A model generated the notes under the pieces. The model saw only the letters and a list, made by a program, of their open reading frames with translations, was not told the origin of the DNA and made no database searches. Shown one piece after another: positions 1 through 7,397 of a DNA stretch of 64,000 bases (its first letter is position 1; the number at the start of each line of letters is the position of its first letter). A program made the position numbers and the translations under genes. Source of the stretch: a candidate division TM6 bacterium GW2011_GWF2_28_16 (lineage in GTDB: Bacteria > Patescibacteriota > Microgenomatia > UBA1400 > PJMF01); contig CP011212.1 in assembly GCA_001029715.1 (NCBI GenBank), positions 398,936-462,935 of the forward strand. Reading direction: 5' to 3'.

Positions 1-381
1 TTTAACCTTGTATTTAGCCTTATAAATATCATCATTTTTTTGACAAATACGCCAAAATTCCTGAGCCGCTACAATATGTTTTTGATCAGTGGTACGGATA
101 AAGTGGCTAAAAGACAGGTTGAGTAACTTTTCAAGATCTGTAAATTTACTAGCCCACTGATCACAATATTCTTGCACATCCATTTTTTGTTCCAAAGCTT
201 TTTGCCAGATCTTTTGACCATGTTCATCGGTACCAGTATTAAAAACTACCTCGTTGCCAAGAATTTCTTTTTGATAGCGAGCGATGACATCAGCCTCAAT
301 AATTTCCAAAGCAAAGCCAATGTGAGGCGCAGCGTTAACGTAAGGTAAAGTGGTAGTAATATAGAATTTCTTGTATTGCAT
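1..381 (-). CDS. metG: Methionyl-tRNA synthetase, N-terminal fragment (gene runs off the window start)
   Basis: My reverse-strand translation from ATG (381-379) gives MQYKKFYITTTLPYVNAAPHIGFALEIIEADVIARYQK...FNTGTDEHGQKI...FIRTTDQKH. This is a class I synthetase N-terminus with a HIGH-type motif (PHIGF) and the TGTDEHG block typical of MetRS. It is absent from the ORF track because it is truncated. Confidence 0.8.
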   Translation of the reverse strand, partial: MQYKKFYITTTLPYVNAAPHIGFALEIIEADVIARYQKEILGNEVVFNTGTDEHGQKIWQKALEQKMDVQEYCDQWASKFTDLEKLLNLSFSHFIRTTDQKHIVAAQEFWRICQKNDDIYKAKYKVK

Positions 382-422
382 CGGGTCTATTATAGAAAAG
401 TCGAGGCAGAAAAGCCAGAGTT

Positions 423-830
423 CTATTTTTTTATTAGTTTTTTAACTTTTTCAAAGAAAGTTAAGCAAACTAAAGCTGAAGTAATTAGAAGAATAGTCAA
501 AAAACTTAGTAGATCAAAACTGATATTAACTATTTTAAAATAGAGCATTAGGTTGATAAAAAAGGCAATAATTAATCCAAGGTTTTTATTAAGCAATAGA
601 AAAGTAAAAAGAAAAAAGTTGGCAATGAAAGTTAGTAAAAAGAAAGGCAAATAACTATTTTTAAATATAAAATTTTGAATTTGACTTGGATAAATTTTAC
701 TAATCAGTAAGTAGAGTAAAAAATAAGCAATTAGGGCGATAAATAGACTCAAAATATAGTGAAGATGTTTCTTAAAAAAAAAATCCTTTTTAGGTTTAAG
801 TCTGGATCGCGCTTGGTTCTTTTCCATCAT
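423..830 (-). CDS. Hypothetical polytopic membrane protein (135 aa)
   Basis: Track ORF with several hydrophobic helices and no recognisable family motif. It contains a T10 homopolymer (774-783 on the plus strand). Confidence 0.45.
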   Translation of the reverse strand: MMEKNQARSRLKPKKDFFFKKHLHYILSLFIALIAYFLLYLLISKIYPSQIQNFIFKNSYLPFFLLTFIANFFLFTFLLLNKNLGLIIAFFINLMLYFKIVNISFDLLSFLTILLITSALVCLTFFEKVKKLIKK

Positions 831-852
831 TTTAGTATACTAAAATTTATAT

Positions 853-1992
853 ATGAGTAACACTACCCTTCTAATATTATGTTTGTTTTTGATTTCAATT
901 TTAGCGACTTTTTATTTTTTGCTAAAAAAACTTTTGTCAGAAAAAAATTCAGAGCAATCTAGTGAACAACTGGAAGATATGGTTCACAAAGTTTTTGGCA
1001 TGGCTTCTAATGAAATTGCTATTCAAAGTAAAGGTATCCTGCAAGGTGAGAAAGATTTAATCAAGAATGATCTCTCTAATAAACAAGCTGCGATTGAAAA
1101 GATGATAAAAGATTTACGTCAAGAAATGGGTGACCAACAAAGAGAAATTCGTGCTATTGAAAAAGATCAGATTGATAAAATTAGTGGAGTTAAAACAGCT
1201 GTTGAAGAGCATCGCCAATTAACCAAGGAACTAAAAATTTCTACAGAGCAACTGGCCAAAGTTTTATCCAATAATCAGACTCGTGGAGCCTGGGGTGAAC
1301 GCATTATTGAAGATTTGTTGCAGGCCAATGGCTTGCAAGAAGGCATTCATTATCTACGTCAAGCTAAATTGGGCGCTTCAGAAATGAAGCCAGATATTAC
1401 CCTGCTTTTACCAGACCATCGCAACGTGGCAGTTGACGTTAAATTCCCGTATCAAGAAGTTCAAAAGATGTCGATGACTGAGGATCAGAGTGAAAAACAA
1501 AGTCATGTTTTGCAATTTAAAAGAGATCTTAAAATTAAAGTAGACAAAGTAGCTACCTATATTTCTCCAGAAAACGATACTTTAGATTACGCAATTATGT
1601 TTGTGCCAAATGAAGCTCTGTTTTCCTTTATCAATCAAAAGTTCCCAGACGTTATTGATGAGGCTTTAGCTAAAAAAGTAATTATTTGTTCGCCTTTTAG
1701 TTTCTTAATTGTGGCTCGCACAGTGATGGAAAGTTATCGTAACTTTATGGTGGGTAAAAAAATCAAACAAGTTATCAAACACATTGATGCTTTTGCAGGA
1801 GAATGGTTAAAATTTGACGATGAATTTTCTAAGTTTGGACGTAGTATCGAAACTTTGCAAAAAAACTACGAAACTCTTTCAACCACGAGGAAAAGACAGA
1901 TGGAAAAGAAGATTCAAAAGATTGAACAGTATCGCGGTAGTTCAGTAGAATTATTGGAAGATGGTGAAAAAGTTAAACTTCTAGAAGATTAA
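853..1992 (+). CDS. rmuC: DNA recombination protein RmuC
   Basis: N-terminal TM helix, a long coiled coil, then AWGERIIEDLLQANGLQEG..Y..Q....KPDITLLLP....VDVKFP, which matches the RmuC nuclease-like core. Confidence 0.8.
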   Translation: MSNTTLLILCLFLISILATFYFLLKKLLSEKNSEQSSEQLEDMVHKVFGMASNEIAIQSKGILQGEKDLIKNDLSNKQAAIEKMIKDLRQEMGDQQREIRAIEKDQIDKISGVKTAVEEHRQLTKELKISTEQLAKVLSNNQTRGAWGERIIEDLLQANGLQEGIHYLRQAKLGASEMKPDITLLLPDHRNVAVDVKFPYQEVQKMSMTEDQSEKQSHVLQFKRDLKIKVDKVATYISPENDTLDYAIMFVPNEALFSFINQKFPDVIDEALAKKVIICSPFSFLIVARTVMESYRNFMVGKKIKQVIKHIDAFAGEWLKFDDEFSKFGRSIETLQKNYETLSTTRKRQMEKKIQKIEQYRGSSVELLEDGEKVKLLED

Positions 1993-3128
1993 TCGTTTAA
2001 ATATTTTTCAAAAAAGCTAAGATCTTTTTGGACAGCTTGATTCCAATTGGGTTGTAAATTGTGATTAGCGCCTGGATATTTGTAGAAGTCAATATTTATT
2101 ACTTCCTTTTTTACTTCTTCCGCACTTTGACTGGCATCTGCGTTTTGAGCGCTAGTTGTAGCTCTCAATTCATTTTCTAAATCTACTTTAGCCAAAAATT
2201 CTTCTGTCCAAGAAATTAAGGCTGAGTCATCAGCAGTGCCATGTTGGATTTGAATCGGTCCATTTAATTTGTCTAAATGTTTGGTCAGCGAAAAATCAAA
2301 AACATCGTAATCATCCTCAAAAAGTGAAACATATTTACGAGTCTCTTTACCCTCATCTCCATATTCGTCACTGAAATAAAGAATTGAATATGGGAAAGGC
2401 ACCAGAACTGGTGCCCAAAGAGTAGTAGGCAGATTGCTACCAAGAACTTCTAGAGTAGAGATTGCAATTTGTCCACCATTACTATGTCCCCAAATGCCGA
2501 TTTGACTTGTATCAACGCTAACTTTTTTAATTGTTAGTTCAGTAATTTGACTAAGATCTATTTCTGGAAATGTTTGAATTGTTTTAATGAGATCAACTGC
2601 ATTGACGACTTTAATAAATCTAGCTTCCCAAGTATCAGTTGGCTCGGGATCACTTTCACCAAAGCCAAGAAAATCTGGAGCTAAAGTGAGGTAGTCGTTT
2701 TCTGCAAAGACAGCAGCAACATTTTTAGTACCTTCTCCAGAGTAATATGTTTCTAGAGGAACATAACCTCTAATCATTATTATGGTTGGTTTTTTTGTGT
2801 TCTCATTATCTATTTTCAAATTAAGTGCACCGGAAATTTTTTTACCCTGACTTTGATAAGTAAAAAGTAGGGCATATGTTTGCGTGTCCAAATCTTTAGA
2901 GATAATTTTTTCAATTCTGATTGGTGATGATACTTTAAATTCTTGTTTGCTTAAATTTTCAAAAGAATATTTAAGCAGTGGCAATGGTTTTTCTGTTTTT
3001 ATTTGTTTAACAATACTTTTTGCCAGAGGAGTTGATTCATTTTTTAAATAAAAATAAGCGATTAAAAAAGAAAGACAGCTACTTATTATCAATAGTAAAC
3101 ATATGAAGATTATTTTTTTTGTTTTCAC
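1989..3128 (-). CDS. Membrane-anchored alpha/beta hydrolase (S9 / dienelactone-hydrolase-like)
   Basis: N-terminal TM helix. Nucleophile elbow GHSNGG, a later GTADD acid and a GANHNL histidine give a Ser-Asp-His order typical of the alpha/beta hydrolase fold. Confidence 0.7.
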   Translation of the reverse strand: MKTKKIIFICLLLIISSCLSFLIAYFYLKNESTPLAKSIVKQIKTEKPLPLLKYSFENLSKQEFKVSSPIRIEKIISKDLDTQTYALLFTYQSQGKKISGALNLKIDNENTKKPTIIMIRGYVPLETYYSGEGTKNVAAVFAENDYLTLAPDFLGFGESDPEPTDTWEARFIKVVNAVDLIKTIQTFPEIDLSQITELTIKKVSVDTSQIGIWGHSNGGQIAISTLEVLGSNLPTTLWAPVLVPFPYSILYFSDEYGDEGKETRKYVSLFEDDYDVFDFSLTKHLDKLNGPIQIQHGTADDSALISWTEEFLAKVDLENELRATTSAQNADASQSAEEVKKEVINIDFYKYPGANHNLQPNWNQAVQKDLSFFEKYLND

Positions 3129-3256
3129 TCAGCAAATTATAGCAGTCTTGCTAACTTTTCTTCAAAATTGATGCTTGCTAAAATACCAGATCATATTTAA
3201 AATCTTTCAACATGTCGTTAATTACAAATTACTCCCATTTTTTCTTGGTCATTTTG

Positions 3257-3340
3257 CGCAAGAACGTTGCGGGGTAATCTTGTTGCATTAAAACAGATAA
3301 AAAACAAGAACAAGCCCCGCCTTAAGAAGCGGGTTTTTTT
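3257..3340 (+). promoter_or_regulatory. Attenuator-like leader with three mutually exclusive hairpins ending in an intrinsic terminator
   Basis: Hairpin CGCAA(3257-3261)/TTGCG(3267-3271). A 12-bp helix is formed by GCGGGG(3269-3274)+CTTGTT(3279-3284) with AACAAG(3309-3314)+CCCCGC(3315-3320). The terminator is CCCGC(3316-3320)/GCGGG(3329-3333) followed by T7 (3334-3340). Neighbouring helices share bases, so they cannot coexist. Confidence 0.4.
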
Positions 3341-3476
3341 GTATTTTTGATCTTTAACATTAACTAAGGGCTACTTTAGTCTTCAATTATTTGAAAGTTA
3401 AGGTAACCCTTTGTGGCTAGAGCAAATCAGCGCTCTAGTTTCGAAGGGAAAATTTTTCATGGTGGAGGAGAAAACA

Positions 3477-3590
3477 ATGGCAATAGGCAAGGGTAAGCAA
3501 AAAAAGTCTTCCGAACATTTGCCGAGATGCCCCCTTTGTGGGGGAAAACACAGGGCAAAATATTGTCCAAGAAAGCAAAAACCCTCTTAA
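3477..3590 (+). CDS. Small basic protein (37 aa) with a CCHC zinc-knuckle-like motif
   Basis: ATG 3477 is preceded by GGAGGAG (3464-3470) with a 6-nt spacer. Translation is MAIGKGKQKKSSEHLPRCPLCGGKHRAKYCPRKQKPS (C-x2-C-x3-H-x4-C), with TAA at 3588-3590. It is followed by a perfect 11-bp hairpin at 3596-3623. It falls below the ORF-track length cutoff. Confidence 0.45.
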   Translation: MAIGKGKQKKSSEHLPRCPLCGGKHRAKYCPRKQKPS

Positions 3591-3642
3591 CCAAAGCCTC
3601 CGGTCCAGTAATGGACCGGAGGCAACAACATTTATTTTGACC

Positions 3643-3692
3643 AGGATCCTTAATTTTTAAATATTTGAAATTTAAGAATCCTCGTTTTTTTT
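3643..3692 (+). terminator. Rho-independent terminator candidate
   Basis: Imperfect long stem AGGATCCTTAA../..TTAAGAATCCT (3643-3682) followed by CG and T8 (3685-3692). Confidence 0.55.
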
Positions 3693-3754
3693 CTAGAGCT
3701 AGCGCAAAGCGCGCCAATCTTTGGAAAGAGGAAATCTTTTTGGGAGGGTCGTCG

Positions 3755-3811
3755 ATGAAGAAAGATAAGAAGAAGAAAAAAGGACATCGTAATAAAAAAG
3801 GCAACAAGTAG
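3755..3811 (+). CDS. Tiny lysine-rich ORF (18 aa), MKKDKKKKKGHRNKKGNK
   Basis: ATG 3755 is preceded by GGGAGGG (3742-3748) with a 6-nt spacer, and TAG is at 3809-3811. Its very short length and low complexity mean coding status is uncertain. Confidence 0.3.
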   Translation: MKKDKKKKKGHRNKKGNK

Positions 3812-3838
3812 TCGCCTTTAGGTGTCCAACCCTCAATC

Positions 3839-3870
3839 TTTGGTGGCGCCATTTATTTGGCGCCACCAAA
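3839..3870. repeat. Perfect 13-bp inverted repeat (stem-loop or operator), TTTGGTGGCGCCA-TTTATT-TGGCGCCACCAAA
   Basis: Read directly: 3839-3851 is the exact reverse complement of 3858-3870. There is no U-tract on either strand. It lies about 47 nt upstream of the aspS -10 candidate. Confidence 0.85.
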
Positions 3871-3917
3871 ATCTTTCCCTTCCTATATTATCTAAAACCT
3901 CTTTTTCAAATTTCGGT

Positions 3918-3923
3918 TATAAT
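3918..3923 (+). promoter_or_regulatory. Candidate -10 box (TATAAT) for aspS, implying a leaderless or near-leaderless mRNA
   Basis: A consensus TATAAT sits 11 nt before the aspS ATG (3935). No Shine-Dalgarno is present between them, and the -35 is weak. Confidence 0.35.
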
Positions 3924-3934
3924 AACTCTTACCT

Positions 3935-5356
3935 ATGCAAAGAACTCTCGTTATTGATTCCTTAGAAAAAGTTGGTCAAACTGTTCGCCTCTGTGGTTGG
4001 GTGGATAGCAAGCGTGATCACGGTAAAGTTACTTTCATTGATTTAAGAGATCGTACTGGCAAGATCCAGGCCGTTGGTATTGGTGGCAAATTGAGTGAGT
4101 TAAGCAATGAGTCAGTTGTTGAAATCACTGGACCAATCAATACTCGTGGCGAAAAAATGGTCAACCCAAATTTGCCAACTGGCTCCATAGAGATTTTTGT
4201 TGAAGATTATAAGGTTCTCAATAAGGCAGCTGAGCTACCAATTCTTGTGGAAGGTGATGGTCGTGATGTTAATGAAGAGATGCGTCTTAAGTATCGCTAT
4301 TTAGATTTGCGTCGTGAGAGAATGCAAAAAATTGTGCGCTTGCGCTCTAAATTTTATCAAGCTCTTCGTGAGCAATTAGAGAAAAAAGATTTTACCGAAG
4401 TTGAAACTCCAATGTTGACCAAATCAACTAAGGAAGGAGCTCGTGATTTCATCGTGCCTTCTCGTTTTAATCCTGGTAAATTTTATGCTCTTCCGCAAAG
4501 TCCTCAACAATATAAACAATTATTGATGACGGCTGGTGTTGAGAATTATTATCAATTTGCTCGTTGTATTCGCGATGAAGATTTACGTGCTGATCGCGGT
4601 TTTGAATTTACTCAGCTTGATCTCGAAATGAGTTTTGTGACTCAACAAGAAGTAATGGATAATGTCGAAGAAATTGTCAAAAATGCTGTCAAAAAAGTTG
4701 GCGCCAAACTCAAAGATGAAGTTTTTCCAGTTATTCCTTACAAAGAAGCAATTGAAAAATATGGTGCCGATAAATTTGATTTGCGCAGTGAGGAAGAAAA
4801 AAAAGAAAATGTTTTAGCTTTTGCTTGGGTGGTTAGTTTCCCATTCTTTAAAAAAGTTGATAAAAAAGACATTGCTGAAGTGCGCGATGGTAAGAGTGGT
4901 TGGACTTTCACTCATAATCCTTTTTCGAGTCCAATTCCAGAATCTATGGAAGATCATAAGAATGCTGAAAATATCGAAAATATTATTACCGCTCAGTATG
5001 ACTTGGTCTGTAATGGTTACGAAGCAGGTGGCGGCAGTATTAGAGCTCATGATCCAGAAGTTCTTAAAAAGACCTTTGAAATCATGGGTTATAGTGATCA
5101 GGAGATTGAAGCCAGTGTGGGCCATATGTTGGAAGCTTTTAAATTGGGCACTCCTCCCCATGGTGGAATTGCTTTAGGACTAGATCGCTTAGTAATGCTT
5201 TTGGCAGGAGAGAATTCACTCAAAGAAACCATTGCTTTCCCAATGAGTTCTTCTGGCAAGACCTCTATCATGGACGCACCAAGCGAAGTTTCTGATGAAC
5301 AACTCAAAGAGTTAGGTATTCTAATCGCTCCTAATTTAGCTACAATGAAAAAGTGA
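3935..5356 (+). CDS. aspS: Aspartyl-tRNA synthetase, bacterial-type catalytic core lacking the GAD insertion domain
   Basis: OB-fold N-terminus, LRLKYRYLDLRR, QSPQQYKQLLM, motif 2 CIRDEDLRADRGFEFTQLDLEMSF and motif 3 GGIALGLDRLVMLL. It is only 473 aa: YGADKFDLR is followed after about 10 aa by WVVSFPFF, where E. coli AspRS has a roughly 130-aa insertion. Confidence 0.92.
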   Translation: MQRTLVIDSLEKVGQTVRLCGWVDSKRDHGKVTFIDLRDRTGKIQAVGIGGKLSELSNESVVEITGPINTRGEKMVNPNLPTGSIEIFVEDYKVLNKAAELPILVEGDGRDVNEEMRLKYRYLDLRRERMQKIVRLRSKFYQALREQLEKKDFTEVETPMLTKSTKEGARDFIVPSRFNPGKFYALPQSPQQYKQLLMTAGVENYYQFARCIRDEDLRADRGFEFTQLDLEMSFVTQQEVMDNVEEIVKNAVKKVGAKLKDEVFPVIPYKEAIEKYGADKFDLRSEEEKKENVLAFAWVVSFPFFKKVDKKDIAEVRDGKSGWTFTHNPFSSPIPESMEDHKNAENIENIITAQYDLVCNGYEAGGGSIRAHDPEVLKKTFEIMGYSDQEIEASVGHMLEAFKLGTPPHGGIALGLDRLVMLLAGENSLKETIAFPMSSSGKTSIMDAPSEVSDEQLKELGILIAPNLATMKK

Positions 5357-6252
5357 GAAAATCATCTCTGCTTTTATTGCTACTATTTTTTCTTTCTTTG
5401 CTTAGCTTAGTCTATTTTTATTTTTTTTATCCACAAAAAATAGTTAAAAAAGTTGAATTAGAACTTTTTAGTTTAGAAAATGTACCAGTACTTAGAAATA
5501 AAAGTTTTTTTAATGACGATCTTAATCTAAGTGCTATTTCCGCTTATGCACTAGATTTATCGTCAATGACAGTACTTTATGAAAAAAATAGCCAACAAGT
5601 TCTTTATCCAGCCTCAACGAGTAAAATGATGACCGCTTTGGTTGCTTTAGACACTTTTAATTTAGAAGATGAATTAATGGTTGCTAAAGAGGCCACTGTA
5701 TCTGGCAATAAATTAAGTCTTAAAGAAGGCCAGCTAATTAGGGTTAAAGATTTATTGGCAGCAATGTTGATTTTTTCTGCTAATGATAGCGCTTATGTTT
5801 TAGCGGATAGAGATCCTGAAGGTTTTAGTGGCTTTATAGCTAAAATGAACCAAAAAGCCTCTAGCTTGGGTTTATCAGAAACTCACTTTGTTAATCCAGC
5901 TGGACTTGATGAAGCAGGACAGGATGCTACGGCCAGGGATTTAACAGTCATTGCTCAAGAATTACTCAAAAACAAGCAGCTTAAAGAGCTGGTTGCGATG
6001 CCTTACAAAAAAATAGAAGGAGAAGGTTGGTCTTATGATTTGTATAATAGCAACCAGCTGCTTGGTCAAATTCAAGGCATTTTAGGAGTTAAAACTGGTA
6101 CGACTGAGCTAGCGGGTGAAGTTTTAGTAACGTTAATAGAGAGAGATGGTCATCAAATCTTGATTACTTTAATGAATAGTCAGGATCGTTATCAAGATAC
6201 AAGTAGGTTAATAGCGTGGATACTTAATAATTACGAGTGGAAAAAACTCTAA
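5353..6252 (+). CDS. D-alanyl-D-alanine carboxypeptidase (S11, PBP5/6-like)
   Basis: Signal/TM N-terminus. The motifs STSK (in ASTSKMMTAL), SAND (SxN) and KTGTT (KTG) occur in canonical order. The GTG start overlaps the aspS TGA. Confidence 0.85.
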   Translation: MRKSSLLLLLLFFLSLLSLVYFYFFYPQKIVKKVELELFSLENVPVLRNKSFFNDDLNLSAISAYALDLSSMTVLYEKNSQQVLYPASTSKMMTALVALDTFNLEDELMVAKEATVSGNKLSLKEGQLIRVKDLLAAMLIFSANDSAYVLADRDPEGFSGFIAKMNQKASSLGLSETHFVNPAGLDEAGQDATARDLTVIAQELLKNKQLKELVAMPYKKIEGEGWSYDLYNSNQLLGQIQGILGVKTGTTELAGEVLVTLIERDGHQILITLMNSQDRYQDTSRLIAWILNNYEWKKL

Positions 6253-6273
6253 GAAACCAGTTAGAATAAGCTT

Positions 6274-7368
6274 ATGTCTACTTCAAATTCTGGAAGTTCT
6301 GGTCCTAATCTGACTAATATTAATTATGCCGGTCGTTTACTTGTTAAATATGGCATCGCTTTTTTAATTTTTTTAATGGTCGGTCGAGTTTTATTAAATG
6401 CTTTTGTTAATTATTGGAAAGCAACTCATCCAGATCCACCGCCAGCCCCAACAGTTGGCTTTGGAACTTTGCCTAATCCAGCTTTTCCTGTTCAAACAGA
6501 AGAGGATAAGCCACAGTCTTATAGTCTAGAAATGGTTTATGGTGTTCAAGAAATTACCGATAGAAGCAAGGTCTTTCTAGTTACAAAGTCTGTTGCAAGT
6601 TTACTTTCCGACTCTCAGATCAAGTCGATGGCTGCTAACTATGGTTTTATTTTTACGCCAGAAATAATTGATGGAAAGATTTACCGTTTTACCAAAAACA
6701 CACCTCTAGATATGAGTTTAGAAATCAGTTCAGTAGATTTTACTTTTGAAATGAAAAGCAATTTCTTATCAAGGCCAGACTTGTTGAGTAATGAGTCTAA
6801 ATTGCCAGAAGAATTTGAAGCAGTTGCCCGAGTTAAGAAATTTATTGAATCAGCTGACTTAATGGGTAGCGATGTTGCCACTGCTTCTGGTCAAGTAACT
6901 TTTCTTAAATCAATTGGCGGTGAATTAAAAACAGCCTTTTCTCTTTCTGAAGCTGACTTTTTACAAGTTGATATAAATCGTAACCCAATTGACCAGCTTT
7001 ATAATGTTTATACCGATGAGGGTAAAAAAGGAATCATTTCAGCCAAGCTTAGTTCTGCCTTTACCTCCAACAATTCAATTGTAGAAATGGATTATCATTA
7101 TCGACAAGTTGACTATCTTAATTTTGAAACCTATCCATTGAGGACTGCTAAGTCAGCCTGGAATTTAGTTCAGGCAGGCGATGCTTATGTAATTAATGGC
7201 AAGGGTATTAAAGATGTTATTGTTAGAGAGCTTGAATTGGCTTATTACGATAGTTTTGATGAGCAGAAATATTTACAGCCAATCTATGTATTTAAGGGAG
7301 ATAATGATTTTATGGCTTTTGTTCCAGCAGTTAGTGCTAATTATTTAAATAGGTCTCAAACTGAATAA
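6274..7368 (+). CDS. Hypothetical membrane-anchored protein (364 aa)
   Basis: Long track ORF with one N-terminal TM helix (YGIAFLIFLMVGRVLLNAF) and a Pro-rich linker. No family recognised. Confidence 0.55.
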   Translation: MSTSNSGSSGPNLTNINYAGRLLVKYGIAFLIFLMVGRVLLNAFVNYWKATHPDPPPAPTVGFGTLPNPAFPVQTEEDKPQSYSLEMVYGVQEITDRSKVFLVTKSVASLLSDSQIKSMAANYGFIFTPEIIDGKIYRFTKNTPLDMSLEISSVDFTFEMKSNFLSRPDLLSNESKLPEEFEAVARVKKFIESADLMGSDVATASGQVTFLKSIGGELKTAFSLSEADFLQVDINRNPIDQLYNVYTDEGKKGIISAKLSSAFTSNNSIVEMDYHYRQVDYLNFETYPLRTAKSAWNLVQAGDAYVINGKGIKDVIVRELELAYYDSFDEQKYLQPIYVFKGDNDFMAFVPAVSANYLNRSQTE

Positions 7369-7397
7369 GAAATTAAAGTGATAGAATAACGATCAAT

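Noticed and set aside
774-783. A10/T10 homopolymer inside the membrane-protein gene as a phase-variation switch
   Set aside because: Homopolymers of this length recur across this AT-rich window, for example in dnaX and several intergenic regions. There is no evidence of length heterogeneity from a single sequence.
3457-3852. 131-aa minus-strand ORF from the track, covering the large intergenic gap
   Set aside because: The translation is low-complexity (FFFFL, PPP, CCC runs). It has no SD or plausible start context. It simply runs antisense through the GC-rich hairpins and the two SD-led plus-strand mini-ORFs, so it is most likely a chance open frame.
3130-3934. tmRNA, RNase P RNA, SRP RNA or a T-box leader for aspS
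   Set aside because: I looked on both strands for GGGG-start plus a TTCGA-type T-arm and CCA-end (tmRNA). I also looked for GAGGAAAGTCC / ACAGAA..GGCTTA (RNase P), the GGAA-tetraloop helix-8 motifs (SRP), and AGGGTGGTACCGCG with a specifier loop (T-box). None is present. The GGTGGCGCC palindrome only superficially resembles a T-box core, and it is separated from aspS by a promoter.
4814-5177. Overlapping 115-aa (minus) and 118-aa (plus, other frame) ORFs inside aspS
   Set aside because: They lie entirely within the strongly supported aspS reading frame, which contains motif-3-proximal conserved sequence there. They have no independent start signals and are chance open frames.
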